Shown: piece after piece, positions 29,123-38,323 of the stretch
Layout of the letters: every line of letters starts with the position of its first letter
Position numbering within the stretch: position 1 is the first letter of the stretch
Assembly (NCBI GenBank): GCA_027622665.1
Contig: JAQBYT010000036.1
Coordinates: forward strand, 1 to 42,221
Length of the DNA: 42,221 nucleotides
Origin: Verrucomicrobiota bacterium
Lineage (GTDB): Bacteria; Verrucomicrobiota; Verrucomicrobiia; Opitutales; Seribacteraceae
Direction: 5' to 3'
Position numbers and translations under genes: made by a program
The notes under the pieces: generated by a model
Database searches by the model: none
Told to the model about the DNA's origin: nothing
Seen by the model: only the letters and a program-made list of their open reading frames with translations

Positions 29123-29156
29123 CGGGTGCCCGGGTTGACCGGGTACCCGTTTTTTT
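29123..29156 (+). terminator. Rho-independent terminator after the rhodanese gene
   Basis: CGGGTGCCCGG-GTTGA-CCGGGTACCCG stem-loop followed by T7. Confidence 0.88.
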
Positions 29157-29170
29157 ATGGTGAGAGAAGA

Positions 29171-30430
29171 TTACCAATCTTTAGGCAATCCCGAAAGGGT
29201 TTCCCTCAGGATACTTCGAATCGTTCGTTTTTCCGAAATTGGGAGATAAGCGAAATCGGTCGAATCAGTCTCGATACTCAATGCTTTCTCAAGTTGATGA
29301 AATACTCGTGTCTTGAGTTCGAGAGGTAAACCGGCGAAGGAATCGGAATAAATCATATAGCTGCAACGAAAACGAAAAAGACGAGTGGAAAGGTCTAAAT
29401 CCTTAAGGGAGAAACCCATTTTATTCTGTCGGCGATTTGTACCGAAATCCTTTAGCAACAGTGGGTCGCCATCCACGCCTGCAGCAGGAAATTTCGCTTC
29501 ATCGGCAAACAGTAAATAGCGAACCAAGGAATTGGCTTCTCTATCAAGAAAAGTGGGCGCATCCGAGTTACCAATACTTGGAACTGCGCCGGCAAGCACG
29601 GCTCGAACTCTATAGGTAGCGGAAACCACGCGGTTCACGAACCCGACTTGATGCTCGAACAGAAGGTGAGCTAGGATATCGCTAGTGGGCACCGGGTAGC
29701 GATCGAGCGGAAATCGTTGTCCGGGTTTGTTTGGAATCGTCTTGAGACCGGCAGGAGAAAGAGTTCCAGTCAGATTGCCCCAGTGTTTTTTTATTCCGTG
29801 CCTTCCCGTAACGTGCCATCCTCCGAAACGCTCGTTAAAAGGAACTTCGTGACCGGATTTTCCTTGCCTAAAGGCATCCAGACTCCCCCCCCCGGGGCCA
29901 GGCACCACGGAGCTTATCAATAATCCTGGAGCACCGCCAATATCGCCGGAGGCATGACAATTCATGCAACGTGTGGCGCGTTGAATGAGAGGCGGTGGTG
30001 ATTTTGGGCGAGGAATCTCAAAAATATAGGTAATTGCACCCCATTGGGGATCAATCCCGATGACTTCGATTTTTCCGCCGGGCACCCAACCGACGTAAAT
30101 GTCTTCATTGAAGTAAATAGCCCTTGGGTTTTCCGGAGAGATTCGGCTCAACTGTAGACTTGTGGTAGAAAAAACCAAGGTTTGCGTAAATGGTGAAATC
30201 CCCAAGGCACGAAGCAAGCTCGTCAGGTAGGTTTTGGGGTTGGTGTGGTCGAGACGAACCTTGCCCGTCTCAATATCTGCCTTGAGCTTTGTGAAACGGT
30301 CGGTCGGGGTTCTCTTGGGGTATTCGTGGGGTGGCTCTTTGAAGTGGGGAAACTCAATATCCTCGCCATAGAGCAACCCATTGCCGAAGCAGGTATAAGT
30401 AAAGAATAAGAGACGGAATAGCTTTTGCAC
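29171..30430 (-). CDS. Secreted hypothetical protein with a single CxxCH heme-c motif
   Basis: Signal-like N-terminus; RCMNCH; TSLQ...ISP.NPRAIYFN.D.YVGWVPGG and RFGGWHVTG motifs of a PVC-type family. Confidence 0.78.
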   Translation of the reverse strand: MQKLFRLLFFTYTCFGNGLLYGEDIEFPHFKEPPHEYPKRTPTDRFTKLKADIETGKVRLDHTNPKTYLTSLLRALGISPFTQTLVFSTTSLQLSRISPENPRAIYFNEDIYVGWVPGGKIEVIGIDPQWGAITYIFEIPRPKSPPPLIQRATRCMNCHASGDIGGAPGLLISSVVPGPGGGSLDAFRQGKSGHEVPFNERFGGWHVTGRHGIKKHWGNLTGTLSPAGLKTIPNKPGQRFPLDRYPVPTSDILAHLLFEHQVGFVNRVVSATYRVRAVLAGAVPSIGNSDAPTFLDREANSLVRYLLFADEAKFPAAGVDGDPLLLKDFGTNRRQNKMGFSLKDLDLSTRLFRFRCSYMIYSDSFAGLPLELKTRVFHQLEKALSIETDSTDFAYLPISEKRTIRSILRETLSGLPKDW

Positions 30431-30581
30431 TTATAAAAAAAACCTTTTTTTGTAGCCAAAAGCCACATCGAATTCTCTCCTATGTGATGTTTTGTAATAG
30501 GGTATCCCGAAATTTCGCTTTGCACTGGGAGGGAATTCGGTCAATGTTGTTTGAAATATACTCGTGCGAAGAGATAATTAC

Positions 30582-32492
30582 ATGGCTCAAGGATTACATT
30601 CCAAAATGTTTTATGTTGCCGCGATCTGTATCGTAGGCTCGCCCTCAAATACATTTGGCGCCGATACAGGCGAGGTTGGTGACTTGAGCGGGGCTCTCGG
30701 GGTCAAACTGGAAGCGGGATCACCCCAATCTCCTTTTTACAAAGTAGTTTCAGCAGGATTGAAGAGCGAGGCAGCTTTTCGAGGACAGATCGCCTCCGTA
30801 ATCGGCAACAACTTGACCTTCGATACACTCCCGGATCTTCTTGATCCTACTTATCCGGCTTTTCCATTTGTCACTGGCATGTTTGCCACGACTCGAGCAC
30901 GAGCTACAGCAGCAGTGGTTAACGGAGAAGTCACTTCCATCTCCATCGACTCCAATGGTAGCGGTTACGTCAAACCACCCGAAGTCCGTATATACCCGCC
31001 GGATTCAGGAACAGATGCCTCGGTCGATGCGATCGATGCCATTGCCGTCGCCGAAGTGAACGGATCGAAAGTCACTGTAATCACAGTCACAAACGGAGGC
31101 AAAGGCTATTCCTATACTCCTCAAGTCGAAATCGAGGGCGGTCCTCATTTCCTTCGTCTGGTAGAAGAGGGCGGTTATGAAGGTCGTTTTTTTAGGATTA
31201 TTTCAAATTCGGGAAACCAAGTAACTCTCGCGAATCCTCTCAATCTCGATCTCGGTACAATTTTTAAGCCCGATGCCCTTGTGGAAATTACGCCGGCATG
31301 GACTTTGGGTTCTCTTTTCGGTTACAGTCCTCCCCTGCTTAAACTGAAAGAGGGCAATGAAACTACAGCGGATCACGTTTATTTGGGAGAGAGTAACTCC
31401 ACAGAGTATAAAGCATTTTATCATGACGGAACAGCTTGGCGTCGGAAGGGAGCGCTTGCGGTGGATGCATCAGACTCAATCATTTATCCTGACGAAGCCT
31501 TTATCTTGGCTCATCATAATGCACCGGCTGTAGATCTCGTTTTCGAAGGCGTTGCCCTAACGGTTAACTCTTTTGCTTATCTTCCTGATTTCAACGACAC
31601 CTTTCTCATGAACAATCCGTTTGGGACTGACATGATGCTATCCGATCTCATCGCGGCAGAAAACATTACCACTGACCTTAACGACACTGATAAATGGTAT
31701 GCTCATTCATCAGACGAAGAAGCCGATAATGTGGAAATACTCCGCAATGGTGTCTGGACCACCTATTGGCACGATGGCACTAACAAAGACATAACGGAAC
31801 CCGCTCAAGCAACGGCCAATCCGGGTTCGGGAATTGCGGGATCTCTCACAAGCAAGGACATCTCGTTGGCATCGGGCTCGATTTCTATGATTACCAATCC
31901 CCATGTCGGCCAAAATATTGTCGTCACCACTCCTTTGCCTCACGGTCTGCGAAACGGATTTTCAGTGAGTATATCCGGCGTTATGGGACGCAAGACCGAT
32001 TCCTCTTTCCCAGACAAGACGCAAGTGGATGAAAACGGAACCATTTCAGGATTTGGCTCTGGTCTCATCATCAAGAGTGCGGCAAACGGGTCCTACGAAA
32101 TCACAAAAGTCACTCCCTACTCCTTCGAACTAAAGGGGAAGAGCGGAAACTCTGATTATAGGGTCGGAACCGGGAAGTGGTCAACAGGGACAGGAGGTTC
32201 AGGGTACATGTCGAACGCTTATGCACTCTTCGTTGGTGGCGGTGGTTATGGCGGCAAGGGTATTGCAACGGTTTCAGGAGGCACGGTAGTTGGAATTACC
32301 CTTACTGACGGTGGAGTCGGTTATCTATCTGCCCCGAAAATCATCATAAACTCTGGTGGATGGCGCCGAGTCGGTGCAGGCAATTCGCCGATTAATGATT
32401 CGCTTGTGCCAGCAGGTGCCGGAATTCTTCTCAAGCGGAATCATCCAAATGGTACGGTATCTCGACTAAGAATTGGAAATCCGATCAAGTAG
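30582..32492 (+). CDS. TIGR02597-like Verrucomicrobia surface protein with inserted beta-repeat modules
   Basis: Signal peptide; P.WTLGSLFG, ADHV......Y..FY.....W, IIYPDEAF and NPF..D..LSD motifs; S.GSGY..PP.V.I repeats. Confidence 0.72.
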   Translation: MAQGLHSKMFYVAAICIVGSPSNTFGADTGEVGDLSGALGVKLEAGSPQSPFYKVVSAGLKSEAAFRGQIASVIGNNLTFDTLPDLLDPTYPAFPFVTGMFATTRARATAAVVNGEVTSISIDSNGSGYVKPPEVRIYPPDSGTDASVDAIDAIAVAEVNGSKVTVITVTNGGKGYSYTPQVEIEGGPHFLRLVEEGGYEGRFFRIISNSGNQVTLANPLNLDLGTIFKPDALVEITPAWTLGSLFGYSPPLLKLKEGNETTADHVYLGESNSTEYKAFYHDGTAWRRKGALAVDASDSIIYPDEAFILAHHNAPAVDLVFEGVALTVNSFAYLPDFNDTFLMNNPFGTDMMLSDLIAAENITTDLNDTDKWYAHSSDEEADNVEILRNGVWTTYWHDGTNKDITEPAQATANPGSGIAGSLTSKDISLASGSISMITNPHVGQNIVVTTPLPHGLRNGFSVSISGVMGRKTDSSFPDKTQVDENGTISGFGSGLIIKSAANGSYEITKVTPYSFELKGKSGNSDYRVGTGKWSTGTGGSGYMSNAYALFVGGGGYGGKGIATVSGGTVVGITLTDGGVGYLSAPKIIINSGGWRRVGAGNSPINDSLVPAGAGILLKRNHPNGTVSRLRIGNPIK

Positions 32493-32523
32493 GTCCTCGC
32501 TATATTTTCGGAGAAGATCAGCT

Positions 32524-32649
32524 CTATTTCCAGAACTCGCTGATGAATTCGGTCATGTCGGCGGTGATGATGATGATGCGTGCTACAAAGAAGCAAAGCA
32601 CCAGTGCCATGCAAATCCAGAAAGCACGGAAATTAAGGATGCTTTTCAT
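32524..32649 (-). CDS. Small single-TM protein (41 aa), not in the ORF track
   Basis: ATG...TAG encodes MKSILNFRAFWICMALVLCFFVARIIIITADMTEFISEFWK; fills the gap downstream of the lipoprotein gene on the same strand. Confidence 0.55.
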   Translation of the reverse strand: MKSILNFRAFWICMALVLCFFVARIIIITADMTEFISEFWK

Positions 32650-32748
32650 AATGCTTCGGGAATTCTGAAATGCATTGGCAAGATATTTTATTAATCACAT
32701 CCTAAATCTTCTCAAGAAACTTTTGCTTTTGAAGAAAGGATTGATGGA

Positions 32749-34188
32749 CTAGCGACCTTCGTTCCGAATCCAATTAAGAGCGTTGGAGTACTTTCGAGCT
32801 TTAGGTGTCTTCGCTTTCGGAGGAATCGAGGCACTGTCCCGCTTGTTCAACCAGTGCAAGGCACCATCGTAACGAAAGGCAGTGGGCGTTGCATTCACAT
32901 TCGTTTCGGTCGTCCTCATAGAACTCTTTCGACCAAAGAATATGCGAACGGATTCGTAATCGAAGCCTATTTCATCGGAGGAACCGGATGTTCCACCTTC
33001 GCGTGGTCGCAGTAATCTGGCAATAGAGTCATATTCCCATGGAACAGGTTCATCGATTCCTACAAGAGAAGTTTCATCAATATAACTTTCGAACTCGACC
33101 GAAAATTTGGGTTCGCCATGACCGAGATACACTTCGTTGCGTCTCGAAGTTTTAGAAGAACTACGTGACAGCCATTGGCTCAATCCCACATAACGGCGAG
33201 CACTTTTGCTGGTATCTGTGACCGGAGTATTCTTTTGGGAACGGAAGTGAATAGAAGTGGACTTATCCGATTCTAGGTCGCCGTTGGAGTTCGATTCGCT
33301 AAAAAACAGACTTGGCGAATTCTTGCCTTCCAAGTCTCGTGATTCAGAGTTTGAGTCGGAAAATCTGAGATTGGAGGTGAGGGAGCTCGACAAGGGAGAC
33401 TCCGGTCGATTTTCGCTTTCATAAGCGAGCCTGTTGCCGGAGTTGTCGGGTTTCTCAGGCGGTGAGACGTCATCCGCTGAAAATCCAAGTGTGAGGTCTG
33501 GTTCAGATTCCTGATCATCGGGATCTTCGCTTGAATCGGTGAATTCCAAATCGGTCTGATCTAGAGGCTTCTGCTCCGTTCGATTCCCCTCTCCTCGGTC
33601 GGTCTCGATGGAATCCGAGCCTGAAGTTGAATCTTGGGAGAAGATGTCCGTCACAGGGGTGTCGGATTCAGTATTGCTATTACCTGCCAAGGATTTGTCC
33701 GTATCAATTGTTTTTTCGTCAATGTCCGAGGCCTTTTCCAGTTCGAAGGAATATTTTCCTTCTGCTGAGAGATCCGTTGTTTCGGATGGGGAATCAACCG
33801 TCGAGGTTGTTTCGTTTGCTTTAGGCTTCGGTGAGCGGTCCGAATCTGATGGAGTGGACTTTGTCTCGCGTGCATCGGGTTGGTCCAAAACAGATGAATC
33901 TTCACCCTCATTTTCGTCTGACTCGGCAAGTTCGGAAACTGTTTTCGGCGATCGATCTTGCGGAACGCTATCTGGTCTTGTGTTGTGGAGTAAAGCTGTT
34001 TCAGAGACGGTTTCTCCCGTCTCACCCCCTTCCCCCTCAATTGTTAGCTTGTCCTTATTTTGTTTGTGATTCTCGGGAAGGTCGATCATGGAAGATGGAC
34101 TGTCAGTGGAGTCAGGTTTAGTCGTGGCGCAGTTGCACAGGCAAGCGAGTGCAAAAGTAGCAGCAAACCTCTCGACTCGAATGGTCAT
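32749..34188 (-). CDS. Intrinsically disordered Ser/Asp/Glu-rich lipoprotein
   Basis: Signal peptide ending LCNC; low-complexity acidic body; start overlaps the upstream stop (ATGA). Confidence 0.75.
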   Translation of the reverse strand: MTIRVERFAATFALACLCNCATTKPDSTDSPSSMIDLPENHKQNKDKLTIEGEGGETGETVSETALLHNTRPDSVPQDRSPKTVSELAESDENEGEDSSVLDQPDARETKSTPSDSDRSPKPKANETTSTVDSPSETTDLSAEGKYSFELEKASDIDEKTIDTDKSLAGNSNTESDTPVTDIFSQDSTSGSDSIETDRGEGNRTEQKPLDQTDLEFTDSSEDPDDQESEPDLTLGFSADDVSPPEKPDNSGNRLAYESENRPESPLSSSLTSNLRFSDSNSESRDLEGKNSPSLFFSESNSNGDLESDKSTSIHFRSQKNTPVTDTSKSARRYVGLSQWLSRSSSKTSRRNEVYLGHGEPKFSVEFESYIDETSLVGIDEPVPWEYDSIARLLRPREGGTSGSSDEIGFDYESVRIFFGRKSSMRTTETNVNATPTAFRYDGALHWLNKRDSASIPPKAKTPKARKYSNALNWIRNEGR

Positions 34189-37007
34189 GGGCTAACTGGA
34201 TCGGCAGGAATGGTGTCCGTTATTACTTCGGGGAAACCGGAATCGGGAGATAACGGATTGAGAGCCTCCACGAGAAGGTCAACACTTCGACGAAGAGCGG
34301 ACCCACCAGGTTCCTGTGTGCCTAAGACTAGAGAAAAAGTACCTGTTGTCTTTCCTGTTAAACGCTTGCTGAATTCCTTGGATCGAAAAATCTCGAACCC
34401 CTTGGACTTGGAGAGATCAACGCGTTCAAGGATTTGCGCCACGGTGTTGAAGTCGAACTTTTGGGCAAATAGTTCCATGAATTCTCCGGAAAAACCCTGC
34501 AGGGCAGAGGCATATTTTCCATTTCGAACTGCTTCGAGTTCACCTGCTACGCGAACGCCGAAACCCTCTTCGAGCACTGGTTTATCGTAAAGATATTGGC
34601 CGTCCACAAAGACTTCCCCATCCCTCATGTTACCCGATAGCAGGAGACGGAAGTCGAGGAATTTACGAAGATCGGAATAAAGATGCTCTTCATCCTTTTC
34701 TTTGGGGATACCTGCAAAGAAACGCTTTGAATCGAAAGAAAGGGCGACGTCGAAGTCAGCTCTCGCAAGGTCGCCAAAAGCATCGTCGCTCTGAGGGTCG
34801 TATGGAACTGCACGAGCGAAAATGTTACGAAGCTCTGCATCTAGAAAAGTAGGAGAAGGGACATCGGACCACCAAGAAGTTAAGGCCACTAGACAATTAT
34901 CGTCGAAACCAATTGATACGTGTTCGCTTTTGTGACTGACGGCAACATAACTTGGGGAGATGTTTTCAACGACACGCCATTCCGGGGAAGCACTCTTGAG
35001 ATCCAGTTGACGTAGTACGAATTCTTTGAGAACTCCCGCATTGTCTAGAGGAAACACCAAGGCGAAAAGAACATCGCTCTCGCGCTCCGAGCGTTGAAGC
35101 TGTCCGGGGAATTTAAGGAAATAGAGAAAACGTCCGTCGTTTGCCACGCCGCACGCCTCGGGATCCCAGCATACGTTGCGGACGAAAGGAGCTCGGCGAA
35201 CAAAACCATCGAGCACAATCTTGGGAATCCCGACTTCTTCCATCCCGCGAGCCCCCGTAAATGCGAAGGCGGCAAAGGCGTCGTCTGGTAGGTATCCAAA
35301 TGCTTTGGAATCTTTTTGTCGATTAGTCTTTGAAGATTTCCCGTCCGAAAAACCGTTTCTTGTGGAAGCGGCTTCATCACTGTCTCCCAGAAACTGGTAA
35401 CCTCCCCAAAGAACAACCAAACCAATCACTAGAAATATAGGAAGCAAGCCTAGTCTCGTCCAAAGCTTGTCGCCGGGATTGCTTTCTCCCATCGCATCCA
35501 TAACAATCGAAGTCCCTTCACCAAGAGTGACTGCCCCATCGGATGAAGCGCCGCTCACAATTTTCGCCTTCATTAGAGATGCGTTGAAGGCAACGACAAG
35601 GGTTACGGCAAGTGGGTCAAAGACCAACACGAGTATGAGGATAAACCATTTCACCACTCGGTTCACTCCGGTTGCATTGGCTTCACGAATAAGGGTGGCA
35701 TCACCAGTTGCTTCCGCTTCCTCAATTGACGAGTCGAAGGCGCGAGCGATAAATTTGAATGATCCTATGTCAGCCAGCCTAATGTCTCCCTGAATCTTAA
35801 GGATTTGCTGTTCGGCATCTTCTTTTTTTGCAAGAAGCCCAGCTTTCTTGGCTTCGAGTTCAGCAGAGCTGTCTGGACCAAATGCACTCTCCGTTTCACT
35901 GAATTGAGTGATTTTTCGGCTGGCTTCGGCAATTTCGTCCTCCAATGCGACAATGCGTTCGTCTACCGAGGAACGAGCATTGCGAAGATTCTCGAGAGCG
36001 GTTCGAATATTGTCTGCCTGTTCGGCTCCCCCGGTAGTCAACCCGGTTATCTGCATGCTAGCCTTACTGACTTCCTGCTGCAGTCCCGTTATTCGTTGAT
36101 CCAAGGCTGCGTGCTGAACAGCGAGGTCATCGCGGGCTTTCTGCGCATTGGCGTTAAAGGCAACAATTTGAGAACGCAGGGACTCTCTTTCCGGTCCTTG
36201 AGTCTCGAGTAATGTCGCCGCTTGTTTGAGTCCATCCTCCTTGAAGAGTCCTCCGGGACCTTTGTCGCGATAGACTTTTACGGATGCATCGAGTTCTGAT
36301 ATTCGATCGTTTACTTTTTCGATGCCCTTTAATTCGGATACGATTCGCAGGTCCACCTCCATCTTCATCGATTCTTTTTGAGTCTCAAGTTTGTCAACGT
36401 TTCCCTTGCGACCTGTTATGAAACCCTCGATACGAGTCTTTTCCGCTTCACGGCGTTCTCTTTCACCGAGAATAGTTTGATCGGCTTCCTGGCTAAGGCT
36501 GGCCTTGGCTGCCTCTGTGGCTCCTATGTCTTTGCGACGTGCTGCGATGTAACTTTCCAGTCGCGCTCGTTCCTCGGCATGCTTTTCTTCGCGAATAAGC
36601 GACCCCTTGGCGCCCGACTCACGATAAGCGGCGACTTGACGGTCGTACTCTCGTTGCTGCACTTGCAAGCTAGAGATTTGCTTCTCATATCCCTCAATTT
36701 GATTAAGGGTTTCGTCAAAGGCTTGGGTTAGGTAACCATAAATCCCTGCGGAGGTGATGCAGACGAGAACTCCGACCGCGATCAGCAGGTACAGACGCAA
36801 GGTCTTGTTGCAGGTCTTCCAGTGACGGTACAGGAAGGAGGCGGCTACCAACTTGCCGAACTCCAGGCTCGAGGCCATGATGATGATGGGGATGGTGAAA
36901 GCGCTAACGGAACCGAACGTCAGCGCTATTCCCCTTACGCTGAAATAAGCCGCGCATCCCGCGATAAATAGTGCGGCCGCACCGATCGTCAAGGTGAAGA
37001 AGTTCAT
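34185..37007 (-). CDS. Multi-pass membrane protein with long coiled coil and large C-terminal soluble domain
   Basis: 3 N-terminal TMs, ~300 aa of heptad repeats, TM with VFDPLA, a fifth TM, then a ~380-aa alpha/beta domain. Confidence 0.85.
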   Translation of the reverse strand: MNFFTLTIGAAALFIAGCAAYFSVRGIALTFGSVSAFTIPIIIMASSLEFGKLVAASFLYRHWKTCNKTLRLYLLIAVGVLVCITSAGIYGYLTQAFDETLNQIEGYEKQISSLQVQQREYDRQVAAYRESGAKGSLIREEKHAEERARLESYIAARRKDIGATEAAKASLSQEADQTILGERERREAEKTRIEGFITGRKGNVDKLETQKESMKMEVDLRIVSELKGIEKVNDRISELDASVKVYRDKGPGGLFKEDGLKQAATLLETQGPERESLRSQIVAFNANAQKARDDLAVQHAALDQRITGLQQEVSKASMQITGLTTGGAEQADNIRTALENLRNARSSVDERIVALEDEIAEASRKITQFSETESAFGPDSSAELEAKKAGLLAKKEDAEQQILKIQGDIRLADIGSFKFIARAFDSSIEEAEATGDATLIREANATGVNRVVKWFILILVLVFDPLAVTLVVAFNASLMKAKIVSGASSDGAVTLGEGTSIVMDAMGESNPGDKLWTRLGLLPIFLVIGLVVLWGGYQFLGDSDEAASTRNGFSDGKSSKTNRQKDSKAFGYLPDDAFAAFAFTGARGMEEVGIPKIVLDGFVRRAPFVRNVCWDPEACGVANDGRFLYFLKFPGQLQRSERESDVLFALVFPLDNAGVLKEFVLRQLDLKSASPEWRVVENISPSYVAVSHKSEHVSIGFDDNCLVALTSWWSDVPSPTFLDAELRNIFARAVPYDPQSDDAFGDLARADFDVALSFDSKRFFAGIPKEKDEEHLYSDLRKFLDFRLLLSGNMRDGEVFVDGQYLYDKPVLEEGFGVRVAGELEAVRNGKYASALQGFSGEFMELFAQKFDFNTVAQILERVDLSKSKGFEIFRSKEFSKRLTGKTTGTFSLVLGTQEPGGSALRRSVDLLVEALNPLSPDSGFPEVITDTIPADPVSP

Positions 37008-37122
37008 GCTTGGTCGGGGTAGATCATGTAAACCGTTCTCACTTCCATGAAAAGTTTGATTTCTATGAATGAATCACTTTTTCTAGCTTTTGACATGGTT
37101 TTCCTGATTTGGTTTAGGATGT

Positions 37123-38100
37123 CTAGCGGTCACTTCCTGCGACTCGCTTCAAAAAAACATCCGGTGTTTGATCGTCTGGATCCCCCGCTTCCCCTAAAAA
37201 TTCCAACTGTTGCAGACCGGAAAGAAAATCGAGTTGATCGTAAGAAAAGTCTTTTGCCGTTACCATAAGCCGCCGCAAGGGCATACGGGACAGGGGTTCA
37301 AGGTTGTCAATTGAAAGACCTGTTAGAGTGATTTCCTTAACGGGGCATTCAGTGAGGGGCGCAAGGTCAGTCACTGCCGAACCCGAAAGCCTGAGAACTT
37401 CTATAGGCATCCCTTGCAGCGGCGAGAGATCGGAAATTGGCGTAGCTCTACACTGAAGGATTCGCAGTGGCATGCCGCGCAAGGGGCGAATGTTTGTCAC
37501 GCCGGTACCACTCAAGTCGAGTTCTTCCAAAGCAAGGTGTCGCAAGGGGGATATGTCGTCCACTTCCGTTCTTAGTAAAATCAAGCGGGTTAACGGAAGT
37601 TTTTGGAGGAAGTGCAGATTCGTTATCTTCGAAAGCCCCAGATCGAGATCGGTGATCGGACTTTCGACCAGTGCTCCAAGGTCTTCCACTGGTGTCCTTT
37701 GCAGAATTACCCGCTGGAGGGGAGATCCGCTTAACGGAGAGAGATCGGAAATAGAGGTACGCGAAAGGTCTATCCATTCCAACGGCATCCCTCTTAGCGG
37801 GGACAGGTCGGACAACATGTGTCCCTTCAGGGACAACCCCTTTAACTGTAGATTTCCCAAGGAGGAGATGTCGCTCATCGGGCATTCGCTCAAGTCCAGT
37901 TCCCGTACCGGGAAATCTTTCAGAAACGATAGGTTGCCCGGCGAACTGGAAAGAGGCGTTATGCAGACTCCCCCGTGCACGACGCGCACACGACAAGGAA
38001 AACCTCGACTCTCGAGTTCCTCCTCGCACGAATTAACGACATCCGGAAACGGAGCCACGAATGAAGAACCGCTTTTGTAATCCACCGTCAAATCTACCAC
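37123..38100 (-). CDS. Leucine-rich repeat protein (internalin-like, ~21-aa repeats)
   Basis: About 11 repeats of ISDLSPL.GMPL..L.L..T. Confidence 0.88.
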   Translation of the reverse strand: MVDLTVDYKSGSSFVAPFPDVVNSCEEELESRGFPCRVRVVHGGVCITPLSSSPGNLSFLKDFPVRELDLSECPMSDISSLGNLQLKGLSLKGHMLSDLSPLRGMPLEWIDLSRTSISDLSPLSGSPLQRVILQRTPVEDLGALVESPITDLDLGLSKITNLHFLQKLPLTRLILLRTEVDDISPLRHLALEELDLSGTGVTNIRPLRGMPLRILQCRATPISDLSPLQGMPIEVLRLSGSAVTDLAPLTECPVKEITLTGLSIDNLEPLSRMPLRRLMVTAKDFSYDQLDFLSGLQQLEFLGEAGDPDDQTPDVFLKRVAGSDR

Positions 38101-38323
38101 TGATTCTTTTTATTAGTGACTTCTCTCGCACAATGCAAGTCGCCACTTACTGTTTCTGGCAAAAAATCAAAAACGAGGAAGGCATCGCAATCTTCGCGGC
38201 TTTCGCAGAGTGTGTAATTGCTCGAAAAATTGGAACCATTTTGCATTCTCTTCACGCAAACGAGATTTTTTATTTGTGGCGGAGGCTGATTATGGGAATT
38301 CTAATTTTAGACCCCCATATAAA

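Noticed and set aside
32473..32694. 73-aa plus-strand ORF
   Set aside because: Antisense to a more plausible small TM protein and overlaps the upstream gene end
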